Source of the DNA: a virus
Taxonomy: Duplodnaviria > Heunggongvirae > Uroviricota > Caudoviricetes
IMG/VR virus record: IMGVR_UViG_2802429175_000002
Reading direction: 5' to 3' (one strand)
DNA length: 64,000 nt
This document shows positions 29,586-38,851 of the stretch, in pieces. The notes under the pieces are model-generated. The model made no database searches, was not told the origin of the DNA, and saw nothing but the letters and a program-made list of their open reading frames with translations. Position 1 is the stretch's first letter; each line of letters begins with the position of its first letter. The position numbers and the translations under genes are program-made.

Positions 29586-29955
29586 CGAGCTAGAAGGTTA
29601 CGAATACACGGATCTCACGCCGGATCACATCGATCGTGAGTTGGATCGGGTGAACTACCTGATCACGAAATGGAACAAGATACTCGCTTGGCACCGCGCG
29701 CAGAAGGACTGGCGCGCAACTCGATTCGCTGTAGCCGAAGCACGTCAAATGATGTCTTTCGGGGGTGCGGTTGGTAAGGCAAAGGCTCACGCAGCCAAGG
29801 AGACTGAGCAAGAGCGCATCGATCTCGATATCGCCAATGCCCAGCTTGGTCTCTGTGAGCGGCGGTTGTCAGCGCTTGAGAAAGAACTGATCGCGATCGG
29901 CATGCGCTCCAAGCTGTTGGCGCAAGTATTCGGAACCGGTGGAGGAAACTTCTAA
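29578..29955 (+). CDS. hypothetical protein
   Basis: The ATG at 29578 overlaps the upstream stop (ATGAGTGA). Product is helical and charged. Confidence 0.45.
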   Translation: MSDELEGYEYTDLTPDHIDRELDRVNYLITKWNKILAWHRAQKDWRATRFAVAEARQMMSFGGAVGKAKAHAAKETEQERIDLDIANAQLGLCERRLSALEKELIAIGMRSKLLAQVFGTGGGNF

Positions 29956-30314
29956 TGGCGCGCAGGCCAATCCCAGATCCCATCCAGTTGCCCCCTCAGC
30001 GACCGCAGTTTGATCCGTTCGCGATCACATTGCCGTTCGCCATTGCTGAAGCTCCACGGACGTTCATTAACTTCCTTGCATTGCATACGAGCATCCCCAA
30101 GAGCTATCGCGAGAAGATCGCAGACTGGCTGCTTGGGTACAACCAGCTCCTCGCCGAGTATCTCCATGCGGCATACGGGCCGATGGGTGTGGCCGCAGGC
30201 GAGGCTATTGCGCAAGAGGTTGGCAAGAGCTTCCTGGAGACCGTAACCGAGCTGTACAACGAGGCCGAGGGAGACTTCTTCAATCGCCTTGAGGACGAGA
30301 TGCGCGATGAGTAG
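29955..30314 (+). CDS. hypothetical protein
   Basis: 119-aa ORF. Confidence 0.45.
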   Translation: MARRPIPDPIQLPPQRPQFDPFAITLPFAIAEAPRTFINFLALHTSIPKSYREKIADWLLGYNQLLAEYLHAAYGPMGVAAGEAIAQEVGKSFLETVTELYNEAEGDFFNRLEDEMRDE

Positions 30315-30621
30315 TTCTGCCCAGATTCCCATCTCATACGGCGAGGTCTTGTATGTGGCCCTCTCGCATGTACTCGACTACCTGGAAGAGTATGGAGAGT
30401 ACCCAGCGGGAATGGCCACGAACATGCGCGTGGTGCTCGCCTCCTACAACCATGACCGCACAAAGGCGCTGCAGGCCAGAGGAATCTCCGAAGAAGCTGT
30501 GAGGCGATATACCGCTCAGTCTGCTGAGGGTCTCGCTAAGTGGTTGGACAGCAAGGCATTGCGCGACGAGAACTCCTCGGTGCATTTCGAGGAATGGTCG
30601 AAGGAGCTGGGCCTTGAGTGA
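30307..30621 (+). CDS. hypothetical protein
   Basis: The ATG at 30307 overlaps the upstream stop. Confidence 0.45.
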   Translation: MSSSAQIPISYGEVLYVALSHVLDYLEEYGEYPAGMATNMRVVLASYNHDRTKALQARGISEEAVRRYTAQSAEGLAKWLDSKALRDENSSVHFEEWSKELGLE

Positions 30622-31066
30622 AATTGTGCTTCGACTCGTAGGTAAGTGGCCCGATGAGGGTTGGCAAGACCCGGAGACCGGCGAAGAATTCTTCAACGAC
30701 ACCGTACTTGCCGAGGGTTATGGCCAGGTTGGACGCTTCTGCGTTGGGCACAGTGACGACGGACCAGTCATTCTGGCTGCTGATGAGTACATGCTCGCCG
30801 GGAAGGGGCTCGACCCTGTTCTCATGGATAGGGATCGCATTACGGCGATCAACTCTCCTTTCGGGTTCACCATCCTGCGGTGTGACGCGGCAAACGGCTA
30901 CGTCGAGTACCGCATCCTTGATGACGACGTTGTGTGGTGGGACAAGCCAGATGCAGACACGAATCTTCGTTTCTGCGTGAGGAACTTCCACGACTGGACT
31001 CCCACCATGGACGCGCGGAGTCGGTCCCAAAGCTACATCGAGACAACGTATCTGGGGGAGATGTGA
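30614..31066 (+). CDS. hypothetical protein
   Basis: 150-aa ORF. Confidence 0.45.
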   Translation: MSEIVLRLVGKWPDEGWQDPETGEEFFNDTVLAEGYGQVGRFCVGHSDDGPVILAADEYMLAGKGLDPVLMDRDRITAINSPFGFTILRCDAANGYVEYRILDDDVVWWDKPDADTNLRFCVRNFHDWTPTMDARSRSQSYIETTYLGEM

Positions 31067-31266
31067 ACTCCATCCGCGTGCGGCTGGAAAGCCGTATTGC
31101 ACAGGCTATTCGCAGTCACCCTCGTTCGGACTACCAGGTTGCCCTCACGCTTACTCACGGCGCTGCGCTACTGACAATTCCTGGTGGTGATGCGCATTCG
31201 GTTCGAATTACGCAAGAGCCAGATGGGCTTTGGCTCACTCTGGAATTCAAGGAGAACGCTCTGTGA
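31063..31266 (+). CDS. hypothetical protein
   Basis: GTG start with a GGGGGAG ribosome-binding site. Overlaps the upstream TGA. Confidence 0.4.
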   Translation: MNSIRVRLESRIAQAIRSHPRSDYQVALTLTHGAALLTIPGGDAHSVRITQEPDGLWLTLEFKENAL

Positions 31267-31568
31267 ACCCCTTAGCTTGGGTGCTGCGGAAGCTGGCCAT
31301 CATCTTCGGTGACCTCCAGGAACCTGACCTCACCCCGGGCGCGTGGTTCTGCTACTACCTGGGTGACTACCTCGTCGCACACCCTAACGAGAAGACCGTT
31401 AAGTCGTCGGTTGTCGAACTCTCTACTGGTGAATTCGTTTGGGCCACAGAGACACCGGAGTGGGATCGCGACTGGTTCGAGGCGCGCGGGTTCAACTTCC
31501 CCGAGCGCTGGACTCTGTATAGCTCCCTCGCTGGGCTCAATGTTGAAATGAAGGGACTTGGATCCTGA
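31263..31568 (+). CDS. hypothetical protein
   Basis: GTG start with an AAGGAG ribosome-binding site. Overlaps the upstream TGA. Confidence 0.45.
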   Translation: MNPLAWVLRKLAIIFGDLQEPDLTPGAWFCYYLGDYLVAHPNEKTVKSSVVELSTGEFVWATETPEWDRDWFEARGFNFPERWTLYSSLAGLNVEMKGLGS

Positions 31569-31747
31569 TGCGCCCATCACATTTTCACGCACCTGGCATG
31601 CCGAACAGGCTGCCCGACCAGCGTCCGTACAAGGACATCAACGGCGAGCTACAGAGCGGCAAGACCATGTCTTTCCCGAAGGTACTACGCGGCATGCTGG
31701 AACGCCGCAAGGCCGAAGAGTTCAAGAGGGGCAAGCGCAATGGCTGA
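31568..31747 (+). CDS. small basic hypothetical protein (59 aa)
   Basis: ATG overlapping the upstream stop (TGATG), and its own stop overlaps the next ATG (ATGGCTGA). This fits the coupling pattern better than the 31558..31827 track ORF. Confidence 0.4.
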   Translation: MRPSHFHAPGMPNRLPDQRPYKDINGELQSGKTMSFPKVLRGMLERRKAEEFKRGKRNG

Positions 31748-31928
31748 TTTTGCAGCACTGGACGCGGAACTTCGGAGCTGGACGCGCACTACTCCTGCAC
31801 CAGACCGGGTCCGCTGGCTACCCATAATCGACTTCAGGCCATGGGAGCGGGAGTTGATGCAGAAACTGCTGGGTATACAGCCAACCCCTAGTCGATTGTT
31901 CGTTAGCCTTCCCCGTCAGTTTTCGTGA
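31740..31928 (+). CDS. hypothetical protein
   Basis: 62-aa ORF. Confidence 0.4.
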   Translation: MADFAALDAELRSWTRTTPAPDRVRWLPIIDFRPWERELMQKLLGIQPTPSRLFVSLPRQFS

Positions 31929-32278
31929 CGGAGAAGCTCTGCCGCATAGAGATCCCTCAGCGCTCAGGCGGCCTGTGTGAGCGCTGCGGCATCGGGGGTG
32001 GGTTGTCCATGCACCACCGTAAGAAGAGGTCTCAGGGAGGTCCCTGGAGCCTCGACAACATCGTTCACGTCTGCGGCCACGGAACTGCCGGTTGCCACGG
32101 TTGGATTGAGCACAACCCCAACGCAGCTCACTCTGAGGGGTATCACGTAAGGCCTTGGGAAGAACCAAGTTCCATCCCGATCTACCAGCACCACCTGGGA
32201 AAGTTCACCCACATGAACCTACTAGGGGGCGAATATCATAGAGACGTTGATCTACGAGACCCATGGTCCGACAGCTGA
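31925..32278 (+). CDS. HNH endonuclease
   Basis: Cys/His pattern CERCGIGG...HH...N...CGHGTAGCH. Confidence 0.6.
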   Translation: MTEKLCRIEIPQRSGGLCERCGIGGGLSMHHRKKRSQGGPWSLDNIVHVCGHGTAGCHGWIEHNPNAAHSEGYHVRPWEEPSSIPIYQHHLGKFTHMNLLGGEYHRDVDLRDPWSDS

Positions 32279-32299
32279 TCCCGAACGAATCGAGAGCTT

Positions 32300-32734
32300 A
32301 TGAGTATCACCCTTCCTGATGTGACCGTTGTCGGAACTCTTACCCGCGATCCTGAACTGCGCTTCACCGGCAGTGGCAAGGCAGTCGTGAGCGTGTCGGT
32401 CGCAACGAACACCCGCAAGAAGGATCCGGCTGGCAACTGGGTCGACGGCGACACCACCTTCCTGAACGGCAACGTGTGGGAGAAGTTCGCGGAGAACATC
32501 GCTGAGAGTCTCTCTCGCGGAGACCGCGTCATCGGCCATGGCCAGATCAAGCAGCGCGAGTTCGAGACGAATGCAGGTGAGAAGCGCCGCGTTTTGGAGG
32601 TGGAATTCGACTCCTTCGGACCTGACCTGCGATTCGCCACCGCAGCCCCGCAGAAGGCCGGTGGGGGCGCACGCCAGAAGCCCGCTGAAGATGCGTGGGG
32701 CGGCGATACCAGCAACGATGAACCGGATTGGTGA
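32300..32734 (+). CDS. ssb: single-stranded DNA-binding protein
   Basis: OB-fold pattern (VVGTLTRDPELRFTGSGKAVVSVSVA) with an acidic C-terminal tail (DEPDW). Confidence 0.7.
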   Translation: MSITLPDVTVVGTLTRDPELRFTGSGKAVVSVSVATNTRKKDPAGNWVDGDTTFLNGNVWEKFAENIAESLSRGDRVIGHGQIKQREFETNAGEKRRVLEVEFDSFGPDLRFATAAPQKAGGGARQKPAEDAWGGDTSNDEPDW

Positions 32735-33249
32735 GCGAGAAACTCACCCCCGGCGAGGCGCGTAAGAAACACGCTCGGTCCTTCAGGCAGTTCTGGGATG
32801 CATATCCCAAACACATTGCCATCAGTGAGGCCGAGCGTGTTTTCGCTGACCTCGTTGAGAACAAGGGGCAAGATCCGGCCAAGCTGATTACGTCAGCGCA
32901 GAACTTCGCAATGACCTGCGATCCAAACGATCTGACGTATGTTCCCTCCGCTCATTCCTGGCTCAAGCAGGGCAGGTATGACGATGTCGACCTTTTCGCC
33001 GATGAGCGAGCAGCGCAGCGCAATTGGCTGAAGCAGCAATGGAAAAGCGCGAACGTCAAGGCAGTTGAAGACCGATTCGGTATCAAGATGCCCAAGCTGT
33101 ATCCGCCTGATGAGATGACCAACCCTGAGGCTATCCGCTTCTGGCACAGGGAGGAATCGCGGGCCTGGATCACCAAAGTTTACAGAGAGAAGGTCGAGTG
33201 TCAGGAGACCGAGAGCCAGCCCACGACCTCCGAGCCGAGCAAGGCGTAA
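32728..33249 (+). CDS. hypothetical protein
   Basis: 173-aa ORF between the SSB and helicase genes. Confidence 0.45.
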   Translation: MVSEKLTPGEARKKHARSFRQFWDAYPKHIAISEAERVFADLVENKGQDPAKLITSAQNFAMTCDPNDLTYVPSAHSWLKQGRYDDVDLFADERAAQRNWLKQQWKSANVKAVEDRFGIKMPKLYPPDEMTNPEAIRFWHREESRAWITKVYREKVECQETESQPTTSEPSKA

Positions 33250-34493
33250 TTGGCGCCCTCCTCCTGAACCCTGATGTGTTCTCCAAACTGGAGGGACTAA
33301 GGGCCGACCACTTCTACCACCCCACGAACGAGCTCCTCTTCACGTGCATCCAAGGGATGTATGCGGAGGCAGTGCCGATTGATGCCATGACGGTTTTCGA
33401 TCGGCTGCGTCGCAGCAAGGATCTACGCAAGTCCGGTGGTGCCCCATACCTACAGACCTGCATGGAACACTGCAATGTTCCCGGGAACGTTGGGTACTAC
33501 GCGCAGATCGTCACTGAGCAGTGGAAGATCCGCACCGTCAACGGCCTCGGTCAGAGGTTCCAGCAGCTTCATGACGACCCAGGAGAGATCCCGGAGGCCA
33601 TCGAGGCTGCACGCTCCTTCCTGGACCAGCTGGACGACATGCAGGAGGTCTACTCGCTGGGCTTCCGCGATCTGTATGACCAGTGGTCCACAGCCCAGGA
33701 GGATGACCGTCCATTCCTCGCCACCCCTTGGTTGAACGTCAATGACCAGCTGGGCGGGGGATACCAGAGCCAACGCCTGTATGTGACTGGCGCGCGCCCC
33801 GGGTGCGGGAAGACGATCTTCGGAACGCAGGTCTCGTGGCATATCGCTAAGCAGGGCTACGAGACACTGGTGTTCTCTCTGGAGCTGTCAAAGGACGACC
33901 TGATGGGTCGTCTCGCCGCGTGTGGCACTGAGACCGCGTACACCCCGATCTTCCGGCGCAAGATGGACCCGTCCCAGCAGGAGAAGATCAGCCGCTGGGC
34001 AGCCGACAACGCGGAGATCCGGTTCACTATCGACGATGAGCCAGACCTCACGATCGAGGAGATCGCTCAGCGCTGCCGCGTACACAAGCAGCGCTATGGC
34101 CTGGACTTCGTGTTCATCGACTACCTGCAGCTCGTCAAGTCTGCCAAGCGATTTGATTCACGTGTACTCGAGGTTGACTACATCGCAACGATGGCGCGCA
34201 GTATCGCCCGTCGCATGGATTGTGCCGTTCTCGTTGCAGCACAGCTCAATAGGAGCCTCGAACAGACGAACGGAAAGCCGCGCATGCCGAACAAGTCAGA
34301 CTTCCGTGAATCTGGGGGCATCGAACAGACCGCTGACGTCGCAGTAATCCTCGCGCGCCCACCTGCCTCCACGGGCGATGGTGAGGACCAGAGCGTCCCG
34401 CTGATGAATGCGTGCTTCGTGAAGAACCGCCAGGGCCCGGAGGATGTCGTGATTCTCGCCGAGCGCTTCGATCAGATGCGGTTCGCGGCATGA
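33198..34493 (+). CDS. DnaB-like replicative helicase
   Basis: N-terminal DnaB-N-like segment (AEQGVIGALLLNPDVF) and a C-terminal RecA-like core with Walker A (GARPGCGKT). Confidence 0.8.
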   Translation: MSGDREPAHDLRAEQGVIGALLLNPDVFSKLEGLRADHFYHPTNELLFTCIQGMYAEAVPIDAMTVFDRLRRSKDLRKSGGAPYLQTCMEHCNVPGNVGYYAQIVTEQWKIRTVNGLGQRFQQLHDDPGEIPEAIEAARSFLDQLDDMQEVYSLGFRDLYDQWSTAQEDDRPFLATPWLNVNDQLGGGYQSQRLYVTGARPGCGKTIFGTQVSWHIAKQGYETLVFSLELSKDDLMGRLAACGTETAYTPIFRRKMDPSQQEKISRWAADNAEIRFTIDDEPDLTIEEIAQRCRVHKQRYGLDFVFIDYLQLVKSAKRFDSRVLEVDYIATMARSIARRMDCAVLVAAQLNRSLEQTNGKPRMPNKSDFRESGGIEQTADVAVILARPPASTGDGEDQSVPLMNACFVKNRQGPEDVVILAERFDQMRFAA

Positions 34494-34813
34494 AGCTCTG
34501 GAACTCAAGCCAGGAGTGGTACCAGTACATCCAGTGCGGCGGGGATATCCGATTCATCAAGGACCCCAACGAACTTAGCGGCAAGGACATTAAGGAAGTA
34601 CAGGCGATCTGCGCCCAGTGCCCCGTTCGCCCCGAATGCTTGAAGGCGAATTGCGTTGACCGACAAGAGGCTACGGTCTGGGTGGCTGGGGAATGGATTC
34701 CCGAGATGCCCGGGAAGACAAAGAACGCGAAGAATCGACGCGCCTTGTTCTACGCGGGTATGGCTGACCGTATCCCTGAGGAAGAGGCCAATCGACCAGA
34801 TTTCATCCGGTAG
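34490..34813 (+). CDS. WhiB-family transcriptional regulator
   Basis: ATGA overlap with the helicase gene. Four Cys with a CAQCPVRPEC core. Confidence 0.65.
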   Translation: MKLWNSSQEWYQYIQCGGDIRFIKDPNELSGKDIKEVQAICAQCPVRPECLKANCVDRQEATVWVAGEWIPEMPGKTKNAKNRRALFYAGMADRIPEEEANRPDFIR

Positions 34814-34942
34814 ACGGCAAACCTCACCCAGTAGTTGTTTGGTAATCAACAATCCCCAGATTTTTACCCCATGTGACCGGGGTTACAGTCTCCTGAAAGG
34901 GAGCTGGGAGGAAGCTAATGGGGAGGTGGGGGATCGTTTGCA

Positions 34943-34955
34943 GTTCATGTGGGTG
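34943..34955 (+). promoter_or_regulatory. conserved motif copy (GTTCATGTGGGTG)
   Basis: Intergenic region downstream of whiB. Confidence 0.45.
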
Positions 34956-34977
34956 CCGCATGTCATACCCTCTCGGT

Positions 34978-35436
34978 ATGGTGATTCCAACGATGGACAG
35001 CCAACCGGGGAGGTTGACGGTCTGTCGCGTGAGAAGGTTCGGACGTAAAGGTAGCGGGTCGTTGAGTAGGAACCGAAGTTCGGCGAAAGCCGCAGGGGCG
35101 AAGTTCAATCGCCTCATTGTTGATGGGCTGCGAGAAGCATTGCAGGATCCCAACATTCAAGTTGCACCAAGCTGGGGGAGTGTCGACAAGGGTGACGTTG
35201 TCAACTTCCGAATCGGTGGCCAAGACATCGTTATCGAAACTAAGGACGTAACTACATTAAGCCTTCCCGAAGGGGTCGGGGAGGCTAAAGTAGAGGCCAA
35301 GAACGCGGGCGCTCTCGCCGGGTTCTTCGTTCACAAGCGCAAGGGCACAACTGATCCCATGAAGCAGTGGGTTAGCTGTACTCTCGCCGAACTTGTCGCA
35401 CTTGCAACAAAAATTCCGGTACACGACCGGGATTGA
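34978..35436 (+). CDS. hypothetical protein (start uncertain)
   Basis: The C-terminal 120 aa look protein-like. The upstream part of the track ORF (34918) contains the conserved motif, so an internal start at 34978 or later is preferred. Confidence 0.35.
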   Translation: MVIPTMDSQPGRLTVCRVRRFGRKGSGSLSRNRSSAKAAGAKFNRLIVDGLREALQDPNIQVAPSWGSVDKGDVVNFRIGGQDIVIETKDVTTLSLPEGVGEAKVEAKNAGALAGFFVHKRKGTTDPMKQWVSCTLAELVALATKIPVHDRD

Positions 35437-35454
35437 TTGAAGGGATACAACCAA

Positions 35455-36081
35455 ATGACCGCTATGATCGATCACCCATCACCGGCTAGCGACCTGGATC
35501 TTGATTGGCGCAGCAAAGCCGTATGCGATCCATCTGATACCGAGTCCCACTTCCAGACGGTGGAAGACCTCGTTGAGGATGGAGTCCCGCAGGAGCTGGC
35601 TACGGAAATGGTGGCCTATGCCGAGCAGCGCGCAAAGGCCACGTGCTCGCGTTGCCCTGTGATGGATAAGTGCCGTACCTGGGCCCTGGAGAATGGGGAG
35701 GAGTTCGGCATCTGGGGTGGAACCACCCCCGCTGAGCGCGCAGCATTGCGTCCCGAGTGGCCCGCGATCAAGAAGATCACCTACCTGCCGGTGGAGCCAC
35801 TGCCTGGTGAAGCTCTTCATGAGCACAACGGTGTGGATACCCGCTACCGCAATCGCCTGGTCAAGGCACGGTTGGCTCACGAGATGCTGTCTTCTCAGCC
35901 CGAGTTCGCTGTGTTCCACCGTCGCGTGGGTCACCAGGGTCGTCAGGCATGCCTGGATGTGGTGGACGCGATCATCGCCAATCCATCCACTCCAACTACG
36001 GATCTAGCTGCACGCATTGGGAAGTCATCGAACTTCTTCAGTCAGCTGTTCAGTTTGGTGTGCCGCGAGCTGGGTATCTAG
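35455..36081 (+). CDS. WhiB-like protein with C-terminal extension
   Basis: ATG preceded by GAAGGGATAC. Cys pattern C-x(n)-CSRCPVMDKC. Confidence 0.5.
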   Translation: MTAMIDHPSPASDLDLDWRSKAVCDPSDTESHFQTVEDLVEDGVPQELATEMVAYAEQRAKATCSRCPVMDKCRTWALENGEEFGIWGGTTPAERAALRPEWPAIKKITYLPVEPLPGEALHEHNGVDTRYRNRLVKARLAHEMLSSQPEFAVFHRRVGHQGRQACLDVVDAIIANPSTPTTDLAARIGKSSNFFSQLFSLVCRELGI

Positions 36082-36149
36082 CAAACCCAGCCTCGCGCAC
36101 CATCGCTATATAATAGAAGTAGCTGTTGTAGAGCTACGCTCCAGCAGTC

Positions 36150-36210
36150 GCCCCGGTCGATGTATCTAGACGCCCTCTCACGCGCCGCCGACCGGGGCTC
36201 TACTTTTTCT
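36150..36210 (+). terminator. stem-loop terminator
   Basis: GCCCCGGTCG...CGACCGGGGC 10-bp stem followed by TCTACTTTTTCT. The conserved motif follows immediately. Confidence 0.45.
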
Positions 36211-36224
36211 CACCCACATGAACC
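36211..36224 (-). promoter_or_regulatory. conserved motif copy, reverse orientation (CACCCACATGAACC)
   Basis: Lies directly after a terminator. Its ATG is the start codon of the 36218 gene. Confidence 0.5.
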
Positions 36225-36466
36225 CCGACCCCGTCGATACCATTACTTACATGGATGGAAACGACTGGGGCGCAACGGCATCACTGAATGGAAGCATTCA
36301 GGCGCTCTCGGAAACCGTTGCAATACAAAGGCTTCAAGTCGCAGAGCTGAACAAGCAGGTTAGCGACGCATACTTCGCACTTGGTGAGGTCTACGGCATT
36401 GCCGTCCGATCTGGATACGCATCGATTGAACGTGCGATCGAGCGGTGGGCAGGACTCAACCGATGA
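36218..36466 (+). CDS. hypothetical protein
   Basis: The start codon lies inside the conserved motif (CACCCACATGAACC). Product MNPDPVDT... Confidence 0.5.
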   Translation: MNPDPVDTITYMDGNDWGATASLNGSIQALSETVAIQRLQVAELNKQVSDAYFALGEVYGIAVRSGYASIERAIERWAGLNR

Positions 36467-36915
36467 GTCGACCACCTGATGTCACGTTGAATCGACAGGA
36501 TGGAACTCCATACCTGTTGCGGTGGCATGTCATTCCCCGAAACAAGCGATTCAACATCTACCTTCACAAGTTCCTTGGTTCGGATGATGACCGCGCGCTT
36601 CATGACCACCCCTGGTGGTTCGTGTCAATCCTGATGAAGGGCTCCTATTGGGAGCATCGGGCTGATGGCTCGCGGAACCTGCGCAAGGCTCCCAGTATCG
36701 CTTTTCGTCGAGCCACTACGGCCCATCGCGTGGAGCTCGAGACTGGAGCTTTTGTAGACCCGTGGGATCCGAATGACGCGGGGCCCAGCTTCGAGATCCC
36801 AGCCACCACCCTGATTCTAACGGGGCCGAAGGTGCGGTCCTGGGGATTCCACTGCCCAAACGGTTGGAAGCACTGGCGAAAGTTCATCAATCACAACGGA
36901 TGTGGAGAGAAATGA
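36463..36915 (+). CDS. hypothetical protein
   Basis: ATGA overlap with the upstream gene. 150 aa. Confidence 0.5.
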   Translation: MSRPPDVTLNRQDGTPYLLRWHVIPRNKRFNIYLHKFLGSDDDRALHDHPWWFVSILMKGSYWEHRADGSRNLRKAPSIAFRRATTAHRVELETGAFVDPWDPNDAGPSFEIPATTLILTGPKVRSWGFHCPNGWKHWRKFINHNGCGEK

Positions 36916-37082
36916 GTTTCCGAACCTTCCTATTCATCGCCGCACTGGTCACCTCAGTGGCGATTGCTGCGGATCTCGACGCCCCTCGAGTTTTTGCGGC
37001 GTGGGCGGTTGAGTTCTTGCTTGGTATCGGCGTCGCCTGGTCGATCGAAGGGGACGTCAATGACGCGAGGCGTGGGCGATGA
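36912..37082 (+). CDS. small membrane protein
   Basis: ATGA overlap and a GGAGAGAA ribosome-binding site. Hydrophobic product FLFIAALVTSVAIAA. Confidence 0.4.
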   Translation: MSFRTFLFIAALVTSVAIAADLDAPRVFAAWAVEFLLGIGVAWSIEGDVNDARRGR

Positions 37083-37279
37083 CCGAAGACCACTCGCATG
37101 TGGACGGCGAAAATCCGATGGTGCCCGCCGACTCCGAATGTGCGCCTGAGCGTTGGTCTCGCATCCCGGGTCGTGCGCTGAAGCGCAGCCTGGCAATGGG
37201 GCGTGGCGACTACAACCCGAAGCGTTCACGTGTGCGCCGTCGCATTCACCGTATCCGTCGACAGAAGGCATGGATTTGA
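37079..37279 (+). CDS. small basic protein
   Basis: 66 aa with an Arg-rich C-terminus. Confidence 0.4.
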   Translation: MTEDHSHVDGENPMVPADSECAPERWSRIPGRALKRSLAMGRGDYNPKRSRVRRRIHRIRRQKAWI

Positions 37280-38094
37280 CCACGCTCATAGTCGGCTCCT
37301 CGGCTGCAAAACACTGGTTCACCGACTGGCGAGAGCCCAAGGATCTGGACGCCTTTAGTGACAAGCCGTGGGGGGACACTCTTCCATCTCGGGTTTACGG
37401 ACAGAAGGATCTAGGCGACTTTTTCTGGGATGACCGGCTGCGCGAATTGATCGGTGCGACCAACTGGATGGGCTACCGCTATGCCAATCCTGACGAGATG
37501 TACACAATCAAACACTCGCACGCCTACTGGGAGCTGAAGAACAACTCCTGGGGTAAGCACATGGCCGACCTGCTTGATCTCAAGCGCAGGGGAGCCAAGC
37601 TTGTCCCCGAATGGCATGACGTTCTCTACAAGGTGTGGGAAGACCTCCACGGCAAGAAGCAGGTGGATCTCACCCAGGAGTCGGGCGAGTTCTTCACCGA
37701 CGCGGTGAAGCGCATCTACGACCATGACTCCATCCACCACTCAGTGGCCTACACGCCCGGGAAGCCCATCTACGACGAGTGCCTGAAGGATGACAAGTCG
37801 GTTCAGATGGACATGGCGAAGGTCTGGGCTATGCCACACGAGCGGATCGTGCAGATGTTCCGCGAGGAGATCTACGTGACCGCGCTGGAGCGGCTGGTGA
37901 TCCCCAACGACTACAAGTACTCACCCGGCGCGGCATACCAGTGGGCCCTGCGCCGCACCATCACCTCCCTGACTAAAGGGAGGAGCGCCCAGTTCATCGT
38001 GAGTCACTTCGACGAGTTCCGCGCGCCGGACCTTAACTACGTGCAGTGGCACAAGAACAACAGCCATTTTCTGACGCGATTGGAAACCGCATGA
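37270..38094 (+). CDS. hypothetical protein
   Basis: ATG with a GAAGG ribosome-binding site. 274 aa. Confidence 0.5.
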   Translation: MDLTTLIVGSSAAKHWFTDWREPKDLDAFSDKPWGDTLPSRVYGQKDLGDFFWDDRLRELIGATNWMGYRYANPDEMYTIKHSHAYWELKNNSWGKHMADLLDLKRRGAKLVPEWHDVLYKVWEDLHGKKQVDLTQESGEFFTDAVKRIYDHDSIHHSVAYTPGKPIYDECLKDDKSVQMDMAKVWAMPHERIVQMFREEIYVTALERLVIPNDYKYSPGAAYQWALRRTITSLTKGRSAQFIVSHFDEFRAPDLNYVQWHKNNSHFLTRLETA

Positions 38095-38423
38095 ACTACA
38101 CCGTCAAGGACATCGTTGATCTCGCCACAACCTTCGTTGCGCCACCTATTGCGTGGGCAGGCTTCTACAACCTGCTGGAGGTAGGGGCCTCAATCGCCCT
38201 TCCAGGCATTGGCGTCGCCAAGCTGGTGGAGGCGGAAACCCCCGAGAAGGAAGAGGGGTCTCGGACCTCGGCATTCTTCGTCTTCGAGGTCGACTCGTTA
38301 TCAGGCACGCGTTACTTCAAGCACGAGGGCTATGCAACTTCGTATGACGGAATCCATTGGGGTGGAGAGACTACCGAAGTCGAACCTGCCGCAGTGAAGA
38401 AGACTGACTGGAGGGCAATCTGA
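38091..38423 (+). CDS. hypothetical protein, paralog 1 of a tandem triplet
   Basis: The C-terminal motif FFVFEVDSLSGTRYFKHEGYATSYDG...W is shared with the next two genes. Confidence 0.5.
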   Translation: MNYTVKDIVDLATTFVAPPIAWAGFYNLLEVGASIALPGIGVAKLVEAETPEKEEGSRTSAFFVFEVDSLSGTRYFKHEGYATSYDGIHWGGETTEVEPAAVKKTDWRAI

Positions 38424-38851
38424 TGAGCTACACCGTTGATGAACTCAACACTGCGATCGAAGAGGACACCGAGGAACGGTGGGAGGGCAACTGGTACGGC
38501 TTCTACGATCGCGCTGAAAACACGCACGAGTACGTGAAGGTCCCTGAAGGTACCAAGGGTGCCCACAGCTTTGATGGCGGGAAGACTTTCGAGAAGTATC
38601 TTCCGAAGGCCGAACCGGGCGTGGAGATCCCAGGACTTGGCCGCGCTCATCTTGTTGAAGACCATGGTGGTGGTGAGGGGTCGGGCGAAGAGCGTTGGTT
38701 CGTGTTCGCTGTCACTGACGCTGGTGGCAATGTGCGCCACTTCCGACGCAACGGCTATTACGCATCGTTTGTTGGTTCCAATTTCGATGGCCCCACTGAG
38801 GAAGTGCGCTCCGTCGAGAAGCTCGTTTCTGTCTGGGAGGCAATCAAGTGA
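38423..38851 (+). CDS. hypothetical protein, paralog 2 of a tandem triplet
   Basis: N-terminus MSYTVDEL. C-terminal motif WFVFAVTDAGGNVRHFRRNGYYASF...PTEEV...W. Confidence 0.5.
   Translation: MSYTVDELNTAIEEDTEERWEGNWYGFYDRAENTHEYVKVPEGTKGAHSFDGGKTFEKYLPKAEPGVEIPGLGRAHLVEDHGGGEGSGEERWFVFAVTDAGGNVRHFRRNGYYASFVGSNFDGPTEEVRSVEKLVSVWEAIK

Noticed and set aside
31558-31827. 89-aa track ORF (TTG start)
   Set aside because: It breaks the chain of 4-nt overlaps. The alternative reading 31568..31747 plus 31740..31928 gives two cleanly coupled genes with better composition.
34870-34900. Hairpin CCCCATGTGACCGGGG as a terminator after whiB
   Set aside because: There is no downstream T-tract on the + strand. 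It may instead be a protein-binding palindrome related to the CATGTG-containing motif family. Left unassigned.
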